Assembly: GCA_963815455.1 (NCBI GenBank)
Contig: CAWFGO010000001.1
Span: 1,472,001-1,536,000 of the forward strand
Direction of reading: 5' to 3'
From: an uncultured Verrucomicrobiae bacterium
Lineage (GTDB): Bacteria > Verrucomicrobiota > Verrucomicrobiia > Chthoniobacterales > UBA10450
DNA length: 64,000 nt
Shown here: positions 27,810 to 38,858 of the stretch, piece by piece
How the letters are laid out: each line of letters starts with the position of its first letter
Numbering within the stretch: the stretch's first letter is position 1
Made by a program: the position numbers and the translations under genes
The notes under the pieces: generated by a model
What the model was told of the DNA's origin: nothing
Database searches by the model: none
What the model saw: only the letters and a program-made list of their open reading frames with translations

Positions 27810-28202
27810 GCGTCTACAACGCGCTCCGTCATCCCGAGTCTCGCAGACGACGAGGGACCTCACAGTTGATCGGTAACGTGCAAACGTCCAGAACGTGTGA
27901 GCCGGCACCAATTGCGTTACGAAATACAAGAAGCGGGAACGCAAGCGTTCGCAATATCAACGCAGCGGCAAGGAGCATCGGACCATTCGAGCGCAAGACG
28001 CTCTCGCGGGGTCCTTCGCTTCGCTCAGGATGACAGCAAATCTTGCGAAGGCGTTCTTACCCACTAAACACACGAAAAGCTCGAAAGTCGGGAATTCTCC
28101 ATTTCGTTTGTTTGGCATGTTTCGTGGGCCACAAAAATCCGCGCCCATCCGCCAAACTTTTTGGCGTGGAGTTCGAACGCTTCTCGATGCTAATCTCGCC
28201 GC

Positions 28203-29363
28203 GTGCTGTCGTTCAGAACATGCGCGGTTGCCTTGATTTTCCTTTGCGCCGCAACTGTTTCGGCCCAGGAAATTAAGCAGACCCGCGAAAATAGCGGGGA
28301 ATTCGTCGGCGCGATCGGTTGCAAATCATCCAGTTGTCACGGTGGCGCCGGACCGAAACGCGAGCAGTACACCATCTGGTCCCGCCAGGATTTTCACGCC
28401 AAAGCCTTCGCCATTTTGACTTCCGCGCGCTCGGCCCGAATCGCCGAAGGCCTTAAAATATCGGAAGCACAATCGAACGCGCGTTGCACAGTTTGTCATT
28501 CGCCTTTTCAAACTGTCGCGCAGACTCGCCTCGCTTCGACCGCGCATCCGGACGAAGGCGTCTCGTGCGAGAGTTGCCATAGCGCGGCCGGATCGTGGTT
28601 GCGCGGTCATACCCGGCCCGATTGGACCTACGCCATGCGCGTTTCCGCCGGAATGCGCGATCTGCGCAGTCTTTATGTGCGAGCAAATACTTGCGTGGCC
28701 TGCCACCAGAACATCGACAACGCGATTCTAAAGGCGGGTCATCCCGCGATGGCGTTCGAGCTCGACAGTCAGTCGATCGATCAACCGAAACATTGGCGCG
28801 ACGAAGATCCCTGGATCGGTCCGCGGACGTGGCTCACCGGTCAGGCAGTGGCGTTGCGCGAAGCGGCCTGGGGTTCGCGCACCGAGACCGATCTCGCCAC
28901 GGCGAGTCCGTCCACCGGCGGACCGGCGCCGGACATGCAGGAGACTTCTCTCGCGCTGGCCTGGCTGCTGGCAAAAGTGACGGCTGCGGATTCTGCTTTG
29001 CCGAAAATCGTCGAGCCGGCTTCGTCCGATCTCGAACCTTTGCAAAAACAAGCTGACGATTTGGCGCGTCGAGCGGCGCAATGGAATCCGAACATGGAGA
29101 CGACGATGTCGATGTTGCGCGCGCTGGCCGCAACCGATGGCGAGTTTGCGGCGCGCACTCGGTCTGGCGAATTTCCGTTTTATCGGGCCCGGCGCGTTGT
29201 TTTGGCGCTCGAGCGTCTGAGCGCCGCCATTAATCAGAATCGGGCCGAACCGCTCAAGATCGACAAGGAGCTGCAAATCCTTCGCGAGGATGTGCGCACG
29301 CCCGAGAATTTCGCGCCGGCCCGTTTCGCCGAACATTTGCGCGCCGTTCGGGCGAAGCTGTAG
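28203..29363 (+). CDS. Multiheme cytochrome c (c554/c552-like)
   Basis: CKSSSCH, CTVCH, CESCH, CVACH; signal peptide; start approximate. Confidence 0.85.
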   Translation: MLSFRTCAVALIFLCAATVSAQEIKQTRENSGEFVGAIGCKSSSCHGGAGPKREQYTIWSRQDFHAKAFAILTSARSARIAEGLKISEAQSNARCTVCHSPFQTVAQTRLASTAHPDEGVSCESCHSAAGSWLRGHTRPDWTYAMRVSAGMRDLRSLYVRANTCVACHQNIDNAILKAGHPAMAFELDSQSIDQPKHWRDEDPWIGPRTWLTGQAVALREAAWGSRTETDLATASPSTGGPAPDMQETSLALAWLLAKVTAADSALPKIVEPASSDLEPLQKQADDLARRAAQWNPNMETTMSMLRALAATDGEFAARTRSGEFPFYRARRVVLALERLSAAINQNRAEPLKIDKELQILREDVRTPENFAPARFAEHLRAVRAKL

Positions 29364-29497
29364 GCGGGGACATGCGGAAGCCTGTACTTCCGGAGTTGGA
29401 CGAACTTCTGCGCGTCCTTTTGCATTGACTCGGCAAACTGCGCTCGAATTGGATATTTGAACGCGTCCCCATCCTCGCGGAAAGTGTCGATCTTCGC

Positions 29498-31528
29498 ATG
29501 GCGGCAACGAACACATCATCCTCGCGCCCATCCTGGCAGCGCAATCCAGTCTTCAAATTTTTTGCCTCGGTCAAGCTCGCGGTCGTTCTCCTCGCGGTCC
29601 TGATCGTCGCCGCGATTGCCGGCACGATTTACGAATCGAGCTTCGATGCGAAAGTCGCCCGCGCTTACATTTACGGCGCCCCCTGGTTTAATCTTTGGTT
29701 AATCTTGCTGGGCGCGAATCTCACGGTGTCGGCGTTGTCGCGCTGGCCATGGCGCAAACATCATGTCGCGTTTCTCATCACGCATCTCGGCATCATTACC
29801 TTGCTCGTCGGATCGCTCATCGGCCGGATTTGGGGCACCGAAGGCACGATCACGCTTTTCAAAGGCGAACCGCCTACTAACCGGCTCCTTGTCGATGAAC
29901 ATCAACTGCGCGTCCGTGACATCGACGGCATCGTCAAAGGTTACCCGGCGGAGTTTTTGCATCATCCGCCCAGCCCGGACCGTCCGCGCAACCTTGGGAC
30001 GCTGGCCAGCGGCGCGCGCCTGAGCATCATCGATTACGCGCCGGCAATTGAAGGGAAATTGAATCCGCGCCCGTTGCGCGAAGGTGGCGCACCGGCGCTG
30101 CATTTCACAATCTCGACCGCGATGATGGGCCAGCGGCTCGAGAGCTGGCTGCTGGCCGGCAATCCACAGCACGCAACTTTTTCGATGGGCCTGGCTAATA
30201 TCGAATTGAAACGCGGCAGTGCGCCGACAGCGGCTACCCAATCAGGTAGGGACGGCTCTCCGAGCCGTCCGACGACGAATGAATCAGATTCGAGCAAGGG
30301 CATGAGCATGAGCAAGAGTGAGGCGACAGATCTCGAGGAATCGATCTTTGCCTTCAGCAAGGCGCCGGAAGAACAAATCGGCCGCGTTGCCAAGGGCGGC
30401 AGCACCGGCGCCAAAGTGCGGCTCGAGCAGCAGGGAGATAAAGGCCGCGTGATAGTTTCGTTAGGCGGGAAGGACGCGAGCTTCGAGGTGAAAGAAAATC
30501 TCGGCCGCGATGTGCCGATCGAGGGCACGCCGTTCACGCTCAAGATCGACAATTACTGGCCCGATTTCCGGATTGCGGATGGAAAGCCGAGCTCGATCAG
30601 CGATCAGCCGAATAATCCTGCGGTTCTCGTGACTATTCGCGGAAAGGGTGTTCCGGCTGCGCCCCCGCCTGCCGTATCAAATCCGCACGGAACCGGTCAG
30701 GATCTTCCCACCACCGGCGGCCCGCCCACGATGCCTGCGCCCGGCCAGGAAGCGCCGAATCATCTCACGCTTTTTATCGCCGGCGACGGCGGAATTACTT
30801 ACGAATTGATTTCGCGCAAAGCCGGCAATTCCAGAGGCAAGATCGACATCGGCGCGCCGCTCGCCACCGGTTGGGCCGATTGGGCGCTGACCATCGACAA
30901 GACCATTCCGCACGCGGAGCAATGGATGGATTTTCTTCCGCCGGCCTCCACCGCGGTCACGGATAACCTCCCCGACGGCGTCCGAGTTGGCCTCGAGCAG
31001 AACGGAGAAAAATTCGAGCAATGGGTCCCGGCCGGCTGGCAGGTCACCATGCCCACTTCGCCTGACGAGACGCAAATCACCTATGGCTATAAAACCATCC
31101 CGCTGCCGATCGGACTGGAGCTTCTCGATTTCGAAGTGAAACGAAACGAAGGCAGCGACAGCCCCGCGGGATTCAAAAGCACGGTGCGCGTTTCCACCGC
31201 CGACGGCGAAACCGCCACCGGGTCATGCTGGATGAACAATCCATTCAGTTTCCCCGGCCAATGGTGGCGGACCTGGACCGGTTTCACCTACAAACTTTCC
31301 CAAGCATCGTGGAATCCGGAAAATCTTGGACAAAGCACGGTGCAAATTCTGCGCGATCCGGGCTGGCTCTTTAAATGGATCGGCTCGCTCCTCATCGTCA
31401 CCGGCGTTTTCATGATGTTCTATCTCAAGCCGTACCGGAAACAAACAATCGGCAAACCGATTACACCAACCGCTTCAGTACCACCGAAGCGCAAGCGAGA
31501 GCAAGCGTTGGCCTCGGTCGAACATTGA
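29498..31528 (+). CDS. ResB/Ccs1-like cytochrome c biogenesis protein
   Basis: FASVKLAVVLL, THLGII, large periplasmic region, MNNP, C-terminal DPG plus TM. Confidence 0.8.
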   Translation: MAATNTSSSRPSWQRNPVFKFFASVKLAVVLLAVLIVAAIAGTIYESSFDAKVARAYIYGAPWFNLWLILLGANLTVSALSRWPWRKHHVAFLITHLGIITLLVGSLIGRIWGTEGTITLFKGEPPTNRLLVDEHQLRVRDIDGIVKGYPAEFLHHPPSPDRPRNLGTLASGARLSIIDYAPAIEGKLNPRPLREGGAPALHFTISTAMMGQRLESWLLAGNPQHATFSMGLANIELKRGSAPTAATQSGRDGSPSRPTTNESDSSKGMSMSKSEATDLEESIFAFSKAPEEQIGRVAKGGSTGAKVRLEQQGDKGRVIVSLGGKDASFEVKENLGRDVPIEGTPFTLKIDNYWPDFRIADGKPSSISDQPNNPAVLVTIRGKGVPAAPPPAVSNPHGTGQDLPTTGGPPTMPAPGQEAPNHLTLFIAGDGGITYELISRKAGNSRGKIDIGAPLATGWADWALTIDKTIPHAEQWMDFLPPASTAVTDNLPDGVRVGLEQNGEKFEQWVPAGWQVTMPTSPDETQITYGYKTIPLPIGLELLDFEVKRNEGSDSPAGFKSTVRVSTADGETATGSCWMNNPFSFPGQWWRTWTGFTYKLSQASWNPENLGQSTVQILRDPGWLFKWIGSLLIVTGVFMMFYLKPYRKQTIGKPITPTASVPPKRKREQALASVEH

Positions 31529-31587
31529 CGCGCAGAGGAATGACGAAGCACGAATACCGAATGTCGAAGGAATTCCGAATGATTCTC

Positions 31588-32244
31588 ATGAAGCCGAAAC
31601 GGTTGCCAAACACATCCGTGTTGTTCATTGCCATGTTCTTGATCGCAGCCTGCGGCTCGACGAAAAAGCCGGCCTGGCTTTTAGCTGCGGAGCGCGGACC
31701 GAACAAATGGGGTTACTACAGCGGTTACGTCGAAGCGCGCTGGGAAATGGACGGGCGCACCATGACTTTGTTGCGCGATCTCAGTTACACCGATCCGCAG
31801 GGGATGGTCTGGACCGCGCCGGCCGGATCGAAGGTCGATGGCGCGTCCATTCCCAAATCGCTCTGGTCGATCATGGGTGGACCGTTCGAGGGCAAATACC
31901 GCAACGCATCGGTTCTACACGATGTCGCTTACGACCAACAAAAACTCCCTTGGCAGGATTGCGACCGGATGTTTTACAACGCCATGCGTTGCAGCGGCGT
32001 CAGCGCCGTTGAAGCCGGGACGATGTATTATTCGCTCTACAAATTTGGGCGGCACTGGAAATTTCCCATTAAACGGGCCAAGCCTGTGAAGGTTGAAGGC
32101 AAACTGGTAGCGAGAGGCGAAGAAATCCCGCGTGCAATTCCGGTGAACGCCGGGCAAATCAACGAAGCCCGCGATTGGATTCGCAGCGCCAACCCCAGCC
32201 TCGAACAGATCGAAGAGCGGGTCGAGAGCGAAGGCTGGCGCTGA
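31588..32244 (+). CDS. DUF1353-like lipoprotein
   Basis: APAGSKVDGASIP, ASVLHD; IAAC lipobox. Confidence 0.75.
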   Translation: MKPKRLPNTSVLFIAMFLIAACGSTKKPAWLLAAERGPNKWGYYSGYVEARWEMDGRTMTLLRDLSYTDPQGMVWTAPAGSKVDGASIPKSLWSIMGGPFEGKYRNASVLHDVAYDQQKLPWQDCDRMFYNAMRCSGVSAVEAGTMYYSLYKFGRHWKFPIKRAKPVKVEGKLVARGEEIPRAIPVNAGQINEARDWIRSANPSLEQIEERVESEGWR

Positions 32245-32467
32245 GTTTTCGGTTTCGGGGGCGCGCTCGCCGATTATCCCCAGGAATTCCCAAAGTAATC
32301 CGCTGAGACAGCGGACGCTACAGCTGTAGGGCGTTTGACTCGTTCGCTCCCGCGCCCTCGCCCTAATGGGCTGCCCGTCTATGTCGCTCGCATCCCTGCG
32401 GCTCCATTCTGTGAAACGCCGTTCAATCCAGCCGGCGTCTGACACAGACGCCCTACAATCCGGATAA

Positions 32468-34924
32468 TCAGGATTTGTCGTTCTTCTTTCGCGAAGAAGC
32501 CGTTTCTTTTTTCTCCAGCGCGGCTTTCAACACTTCATCCACGTTTTCGACCGGGATAAACTTGAGTTTTTGTTTCGCTTCCTCGGGAACATCGACAAGA
32601 TCTTTCTCGTTCAGTTTGGGAATGATCACGGTGGAAATTCCGGCCCGCATCGCGGCCAGGCTTTTCTCTTTCAATCCGCCAATCGGGAGAACGAGTCCGC
32701 GCAACGTGACTTCGCCGGTCATGGCCACATCGGACCGGACTGACCTGTTGCTGAACAGCGACGCGAGCGCGGTGAACATGGCGATCCCAGCCGACGGGCC
32801 GTCCTTCGGCACCGCACCGGCCGGGACGTGAACATGAATATCCATCTCGCGAAAATCTTCCGACTTTATTCCGAGCTGGCCGTCACGACTCCGGACGAGG
32901 CTGAGCGCGGCTTGCACCGATTCCTTCATGACATTTCCGATCTGGCCGGTGAGTGTGATATTGCCTTTGCCCGGGTAACGAGTCGCTTCGATGTGCAACA
33001 CCTCGCCGCCGTACGGTGTATAAGCCAGCCCCGTGACCACGCCCGGCTGGCTCGTTTTGAGTTTGCTCTCACGCACGTAACGCGCCGGGCCCAGCGTTTC
33101 GGCAATGAATTCCGGCGTGACCACCACGTTCTTGCATTCGCCGCGGGCGCATTTGGCCGCCACCGATCGGCAAATCGCGCCGATCTGACGCTCGAGCTCG
33201 CGGACGCCGGCTTCGTGCGTGTAATCGTTGATGATACCGCGGATTCCTTCCTCCTGGAATTCACATTGATCGGGTCTAAGCCCGTTTTCCTCGAGCTGCC
33301 GCCTAACGAGATAGCGCTGGGCGATCTGGACTTTTTCCCGCTCGGTGTAACCGGGTAGCGAGATCACTTCAATCCGGTCCCGCAACGGCTCGGGCACGCC
33401 TTCGATGTAATTCGCAGTACCGATGAAGATCACCTGTGACAGATCGAACGGCACATCGAGGTAACGATCGACAAAGACATTGTTCTGCCGCGGATCGAGC
33501 ACTTCCAGCATTGCGCTGGCCGGATCGCCTCGAAAATCGGCGCCGAGTTTGTCGATCTCGTCCAGCATGAATACCGGGTTGCGCGTGCCGGCCCGACGCA
33601 ATTCCTGAATGATCCGCCCCGGCATCGAGCCGATGTAAGTGCGGCGATGCCCGCGTATCTCCGCTTCGTCGCGCATCCCGCCCAGACTGATCCGAACAAA
33701 TTTTCTACCGAGGGCATCGGCGATCGATTGACCGAGACTGGTCTTGCCAACTCCAGGCGGCCCCAGGAAACACAAGATCGGGCCGTGCCCTTTCGGATTG
33801 AGTTTGCGCACGGCCAGAAACTCAATCAGCCGCTTTTTGACCTTTTCGAGATCGTAATGATCGCGGTCGAGAATTTTCTGGGCTTGATCGAGATCGAGAT
33901 TGTCGTCGCTGAATTTATTCCAGGGCAAATCGGCGATGATCTCGATGTAACTGACAATTACGGAAAATTCCGGGCTGGCTGAGGGAATAAAGTCGAGCCG
34001 CTTCAGTTCGCGCTCGGCCTGTTTCATCATTTCCTCCGGCGGATTCGCTTCTTCGAGGCGGTTGCGCAGTTCCTTTACCTGTTCCTCGCTTCCGGCCTCG
34101 GATTCGCCCAGCTCATGCTGGATCGCCTTGATCTGCGAATGCAAATACGCCCGGCGTTGGGCGTCGGTAAATTGCGACGCCACATCTTTTTGCAGCTTTT
34201 GTTGAATCTCAGCGATCTCGAGCTGGGCCGAGATGTGTTTCTGCACTGCGCGCACTCGCTTCTCGACATCGAGTTCCTCCAGCATCGCCTGCTTCTCGGC
34301 GACGTCGATGTTCAGGTTCGGTGCCAGGAAATCGGCCAGCTGCTCGGCCTTGTCGATGTTAAGGATCATCATCCTCGCCTGTTCCGGCGCTTCCGGAGTG
34401 AGCTCGAATAGTTTCGCCGCCGAATCGCGCAAATTTCTGAACGCCGCTTCGTGTTCCTTGCCCTCCGCTGGCGGCACCGATTCGAGCAGGTCAACCTCCG
34501 CGCGAACAAACGGATCGGTCGCCACGATCTTGCGGAGCGAAAAACGGCGAAGACCCTGCACAATGACCAGGACGTGATCTTCCGTTTGCCGCACAAACCT
34601 GAGCACGAGCGCCGCCGTGCCGACATGGTAAAGATCGCCCGGCTCCGGATCTTCTTTCTTCTCATCGCGCTGAGTCAGTAGCCCGATCACTTTTGTGCGG
34701 GGCAACGTGTCATCGAGAAGCTTGAGCGACGCCGGCCGCTGGACGTTGAGCGGAATAATCGTTCCCGGGAAAACAGTGAAACCGCGCACCGGGAGGATCG
34801 ACAATTCTTCAGGAATTTTCGGGAGCCGGCTTTGATCGATGGTTTCGGCCGCGATCGTGCTGTCGGCGCTCGGCTTCGATTCCGGTCCCGGTTGCAACAC
34901 AGTGATTTGTCGATCGTCGCTCAT
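32468..34924 (-). CDS. lon: Lon protease
   Basis: GPPGVGKT, LDEIDK, PKDGPSAG, GGLKEK. Confidence 0.97.
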   Translation of the reverse strand: MSDDRQITVLQPGPESKPSADSTIAAETIDQSRLPKIPEELSILPVRGFTVFPGTIIPLNVQRPASLKLLDDTLPRTKVIGLLTQRDEKKEDPEPGDLYHVGTAALVLRFVRQTEDHVLVIVQGLRRFSLRKIVATDPFVRAEVDLLESVPPAEGKEHEAAFRNLRDSAAKLFELTPEAPEQARMMILNIDKAEQLADFLAPNLNIDVAEKQAMLEELDVEKRVRAVQKHISAQLEIAEIQQKLQKDVASQFTDAQRRAYLHSQIKAIQHELGESEAGSEEQVKELRNRLEEANPPEEMMKQAERELKRLDFIPSASPEFSVIVSYIEIIADLPWNKFSDDNLDLDQAQKILDRDHYDLEKVKKRLIEFLAVRKLNPKGHGPILCFLGPPGVGKTSLGQSIADALGRKFVRISLGGMRDEAEIRGHRRTYIGSMPGRIIQELRRAGTRNPVFMLDEIDKLGADFRGDPASAMLEVLDPRQNNVFVDRYLDVPFDLSQVIFIGTANYIEGVPEPLRDRIEVISLPGYTEREKVQIAQRYLVRRQLEENGLRPDQCEFQEEGIRGIINDYTHEAGVRELERQIGAICRSVAAKCARGECKNVVVTPEFIAETLGPARYVRESKLKTSQPGVVTGLAYTPYGGEVLHIEATRYPGKGNITLTGQIGNVMKESVQAALSLVRSRDGQLGIKSEDFREMDIHVHVPAGAVPKDGPSAGIAMFTALASLFSNRSVRSDVAMTGEVTLRGLVLPIGGLKEKSLAAMRAGISTVIIPKLNEKDLVDVPEEAKQKLKFIPVENVDEVLKAALEKKETASSRKKNDKS

Positions 34925-35331
34925 GATTGTTTTAGCGGCAGCGAGATCCAGAGCAGGCCGTTGCGCTGTTCGGCGGTGGCTTTGTCGATTTCGACATCGG
35001 CCGGCAAGGCAATCTCCCGCTCGAATGGTCCGTAATCGATCTCCATCGCCAGCAACTGGATCGTGCGATCCTCCGCGCTTTCCGGTTCCGGAAGGTCTCG
35101 TGTCCCACGAATCACCACTCGTCTCGGTTCGACCGTTAGATCGATCATCGAACGTTCCACCCCGGCCAGATCGACGCAGATACGCACGCCCTTCTCGCAG
35201 CGGTAAGCATTGATCGATGGCTGCCAGCAATGCCGCGCAAATTGCGAAAATCCCGAGCGCGACAACTCGTGGGTCACGTCGTGCAACGCGCCCTGCAGCC
35301 AGCGCAACTTGATTCGGCTAATCGGATCCAT
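34921..35331 (-). CDS. Hsp20/alpha-crystallin family protein
   Basis: VDLAGV, EIDYGPFEREI, NGLLWISLP; ATGA overlap with lon. Confidence 0.9.
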   Translation of the reverse strand: MDPISRIKLRWLQGALHDVTHELSRSGFSQFARHCWQPSINAYRCEKGVRICVDLAGVERSMIDLTVEPRRVVIRGTRDLPEPESAEDRTIQLLAMEIDYGPFEREIALPADVEIDKATAEQRNGLLWISLPLKQS

Positions 35332-35685
35332 CGGGAATAGAACCTCGCCCCCGCGATGTTCTATTTCAACCGGCCGGTGTAGAGGCGCCCGTGTCGGGCG
35401 CAATCCCGTAGCACAGCAATCTTGGCTGTGGGGCCGGCGGGCATCTTGCCTGCCAAGAAAAACAGAAACCAGCCGAGACGCCCGGTTGTCCCACAGGCGA
35501 GACGCCTGTGCTACTTTCCAGGCCGAACCACCACCAGCGCACAAATAGCGAGCACCGGCAAAATGATAACGGACAGAACCGCAGGCGCATGAAGTATCGC
35601 CGATGCCAGAATCGCCGCCGCCCAAAGAATCGCGTTCCCGATGAAGCATCTATTATTCATAAGATTGTCAAAGCTTTCGTCTTCG

Positions 35686-37356
35686 TCACTTCGTTTTCCC
35701 CGGCCCCCACAAAGCCCGTCCGGGTTTGGCGCCGGTGTGTTCGCCGTCCTTGATAACTTGCGCGCCGTTTACGAAAACGTGTTTCATGCCGACTGCGTAC
35801 TGGTGCGGTTTCTCGAACGTGGCGCGATCGGCGATCGTGGCCGGGTCGAACACGACGACATCGGCGAACATCCCTTCTTTCAAGAAACCGCGATGATCGA
35901 GACCCAGGTTCGTCGCCGGTAACCCGCTCAGTTTCCGGATCGCTTCCTGGAGCGGGATCACTTTTTCGTCGCGCACATACTTGCCTAGCACCCGGGCGAA
36001 ATTTCCGTAGGCGCGCGGATGCGGATTCGATTTCAGGAAAACGCCCTCGGGCGCCTGCGAAGATTCATCCGAGCCGAACGAAATCCACGGCTTGGCCAGT
36101 TCCTTTTTAACATTCTCTTCCGACATCAAAAAATAAATGGTGCCGATCCGTGATTCGTCTTCGGCGATCAAGTCCATCGCCGTGTCGATCGGGTCTTTCC
36201 CGCGCATCTTGGCCACTTCGGCCAGCGATTTACCGGTAAGCGGTTTCAGTTTGTCCGATTTAAAGCCAACCAACAGAATTTTGTCGGGCGAACCCGCGGC
36301 CAGATAAAGATTCTCCCATTTGTCGCTGTCGATCTTCACTTCGGCTTTGATCTTTTCCCGCATGGCTGGATCGCGCAGACGTTTGAACAATGCCGGGTAC
36401 CCGCCATCCTGGGTCCACGGCGGAAGACAGGCATCGAGTCCGGTGCCGGCCGCGGTGTAGGCGTACATGTCCGCGGTGATCTTCAGTCCTTCCTTTTGGG
36501 CCGCCTCAATTCGCGATAGAAGCGTGTCGAGCTTTGGCCAATTTTTCTGGCCAGCTGCTTTGATATGATAAACTTCAGCTGGAATTTTCGCTTCCCGGCT
36601 GATTCGCAATAACTCGTCGAATGCTTCCAGGAGCTGGTTTCCTTCGCTCCGCATATGCGAGATGTATTTGCCCTGATATTTCGCGGCCACTTTGCACAGC
36701 TCGATCAGCTCTTCCGTCTTGGCGTAAAACGCCGGCGGGTAAATGAGCGATGTGCCGATCCCGAGCGCGCCCGCTTCCATTTCCTTGCGCACCAGTTCGC
36801 GCATCCGTTGGAGCTGCTCCGGAGTAGGCTGTTTGTCGTCCAGCCCGATCACGTAATCGCGAATCGTGGTCGCGCCAACGAACGACGCGACGTTGCAAGA
36901 GATCCCGCGCTTCTCCAGATACTGCAGATATTCAGCCAACGAGCTCCATTTGATCTCGTATTTGATGTCGCCCTGCTCTTCCCGAATTCGTTTCTTCATT
37001 CGGTCGTTGAGCGGTCCCATCGACCAGCCTTCGCCCATGATCTCGGTGGTGACGCCCTGCCGTATTTCGCTCTGGGACCGGCCGTCCTGGATCAACGATT
37101 CATTTGACCACGACAGCATATTGATAAATCCGGGCGCGATAGCCAGGCCCTTGGCATCGACAATTGTCTTCGCTTTCGCCGTTTTGAAATCACCCAGCCC
37201 TGCGATTCGATCGCCGCGAATCCCAACATCGACATGTTGCGGTTCGCCGCCGGTGCCGTCGTAGACGGCGCCGTTCTTGATAAGAACGTCGAACTCCTGC
37301 GCGAAAACGGGAATGGTAACAGTCGACGCTAACAAAACAATCAGGGCGCGCTTCAT
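35686..37356 (-). CDS. N-acyl-D-amino-acid deacylase
   Basis: APGFIN, SHMRSEG, HPRAYGNF. Confidence 0.9.
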   Translation of the reverse strand: MKRALIVLLASTVTIPVFAQEFDVLIKNGAVYDGTGGEPQHVDVGIRGDRIAGLGDFKTAKAKTIVDAKGLAIAPGFINMLSWSNESLIQDGRSQSEIRQGVTTEIMGEGWSMGPLNDRMKKRIREEQGDIKYEIKWSSLAEYLQYLEKRGISCNVASFVGATTIRDYVIGLDDKQPTPEQLQRMRELVRKEMEAGALGIGTSLIYPPAFYAKTEELIELCKVAAKYQGKYISHMRSEGNQLLEAFDELLRISREAKIPAEVYHIKAAGQKNWPKLDTLLSRIEAAQKEGLKITADMYAYTAAGTGLDACLPPWTQDGGYPALFKRLRDPAMREKIKAEVKIDSDKWENLYLAAGSPDKILLVGFKSDKLKPLTGKSLAEVAKMRGKDPIDTAMDLIAEDESRIGTIYFLMSEENVKKELAKPWISFGSDESSQAPEGVFLKSNPHPRAYGNFARVLGKYVRDEKVIPLQEAIRKLSGLPATNLGLDHRGFLKEGMFADVVVFDPATIADRATFEKPHQYAVGMKHVFVNGAQVIKDGEHTGAKPGRALWGPGKTK

Positions 37357-37476
37357 GATGTCATTGAAAGAGCCGCAACAGACGATGTCGATCCTAAAGC
37401 GCGGTCAGCGCCCGCGGCTACAGCATTGCAGGGCGGCTGTGTCAGACGCCTGCCATCTCACAGAGACGGCCTGCAG

Positions 37477-38790
37477 TTACTTTACGAACTGCGGCTCCCC
37501 CGTGCTCCAGGGATCGTAGGTCCGGGCGAATTGGATACGCTTGTTCAGCGGGGGATGGTTGTAGAGCCAGAGCTCGATGAGCCGCGACGGGTTCGGATCG
37601 GATAAATTAGTTTCGCCCAGGATTTGGAACGCGGGAACAGCTGCGTCGGCCGGTCGAGGCACGATTCCATGGATGACCTCCAGGCCATAGATATCGGCCT
37701 GATGCTCGACGTGGCGGCTCAAGGCGTTGCCGATCGGGTCGGCCAGAAAACTCAGGATGCCGAGAAACAGCAGCAGCACCGGAAACGATGCCCAATCATC
37801 CGCGCCCCGGATGTTCCAGCGCGTGCCCCAGCGTTGGAGGACCCAGCGCATCCCGCGGTAGCCGACGTAGAGAAAAACAAATAACAGCATCGACACAAAA
37901 GCGATCAGCTTCGGAATATGCCCGAGAACGTAGTGACCCATCTCGTGACCGAAGACGAACAACGTTTGATCGTTGGTTAGGCGGGCGGTGGTGTTGTCCC
38001 ACACCACTACCCGCTTGGAAGCGCCGATGCCGGCGACATAAGCATTCAACGATTTCAACTTTTCACTGGCCTTCATCTCAAACATTCGTTCGGGCGGAAT
38101 GGTCAGGCCGCCGCGCGCGACAACCTTTGAAATCTGCGCGACCAGATCCGGATGCTTGTTCTGGAGCGGTTCGAACTTGAAGAACAATGGCTCGATGACG
38201 ACCGGCGCGATGAAGACCAGGAACACGATGATGGGAATGCTGACCAGCCAGAAGTAAAACCACCAGCGGCGCGCGCTGCGGCGAATAATCCCGTAGAGAA
38301 TCCAGAGGACGAGCGCGCCGATGATCATCCCTATCAACTGACCTTTCGCCCAGTCCAAGCTCCACGAGCCCCAGCCCTGAATAGATTGCTCGTATTTAAG
38401 CGATAGCCATTGCCGATAAATTTCCGTGGGCAGGCCGAGCACGGCGACGGTCAAAAGAAAAAGTGGCGCGAACACCCACGCCTGCACAAATCGGAAACGG
38501 GAAACTCGCTCCGCCCAGTCGCGATATTTCGGGGCCACTCGCCAGTTGAGCAACAACAGGAGAATGACAACGCCGTAAGCAGCATCGACAAAGTAAAGAC
38601 GATATTTGGCGCGGGAAAAGGCCACCGCTTTCTCGTACTTGTCCGGCGGCAGAGTATAAGCGGGGGTTTGAGAATCCGCGGTTTGTGCCTGGACCGATTG
38701 CGGTTGAACTGTCGGCGTTGGCGTTTCCGTTTGGGCCGAAACGATCGAACTAAAGCCGCAAACGATTGCGGTCAGGATGAGCTTGCGCAT
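37477..38790 (-). CDS. M48 (Ste24-like) membrane metallopeptidase
   Basis: HEMGH, EHQAD, HPP. Confidence 0.92.
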   Translation of the reverse strand: MRKLILTAIVCGFSSIVSAQTETPTPTVQPQSVQAQTADSQTPAYTLPPDKYEKAVAFSRAKYRLYFVDAAYGVVILLLLLNWRVAPKYRDWAERVSRFRFVQAWVFAPLFLLTVAVLGLPTEIYRQWLSLKYEQSIQGWGSWSLDWAKGQLIGMIIGALVLWILYGIIRRSARRWWFYFWLVSIPIIVFLVFIAPVVIEPLFFKFEPLQNKHPDLVAQISKVVARGGLTIPPERMFEMKASEKLKSLNAYVAGIGASKRVVVWDNTTARLTNDQTLFVFGHEMGHYVLGHIPKLIAFVSMLLFVFLYVGYRGMRWVLQRWGTRWNIRGADDWASFPVLLLFLGILSFLADPIGNALSRHVEHQADIYGLEVIHGIVPRPADAAVPAFQILGETNLSDPNPSRLIELWLYNHPPLNKRIQFARTYDPWSTGEPQFVK

Positions 38791-38858
38791 CTCGCCTTGC
38801 TAGGGTTTCGCGGCGATGGTGTCAAGTCACCGCAAAGTGACTTGAACGGCCAATCGCG

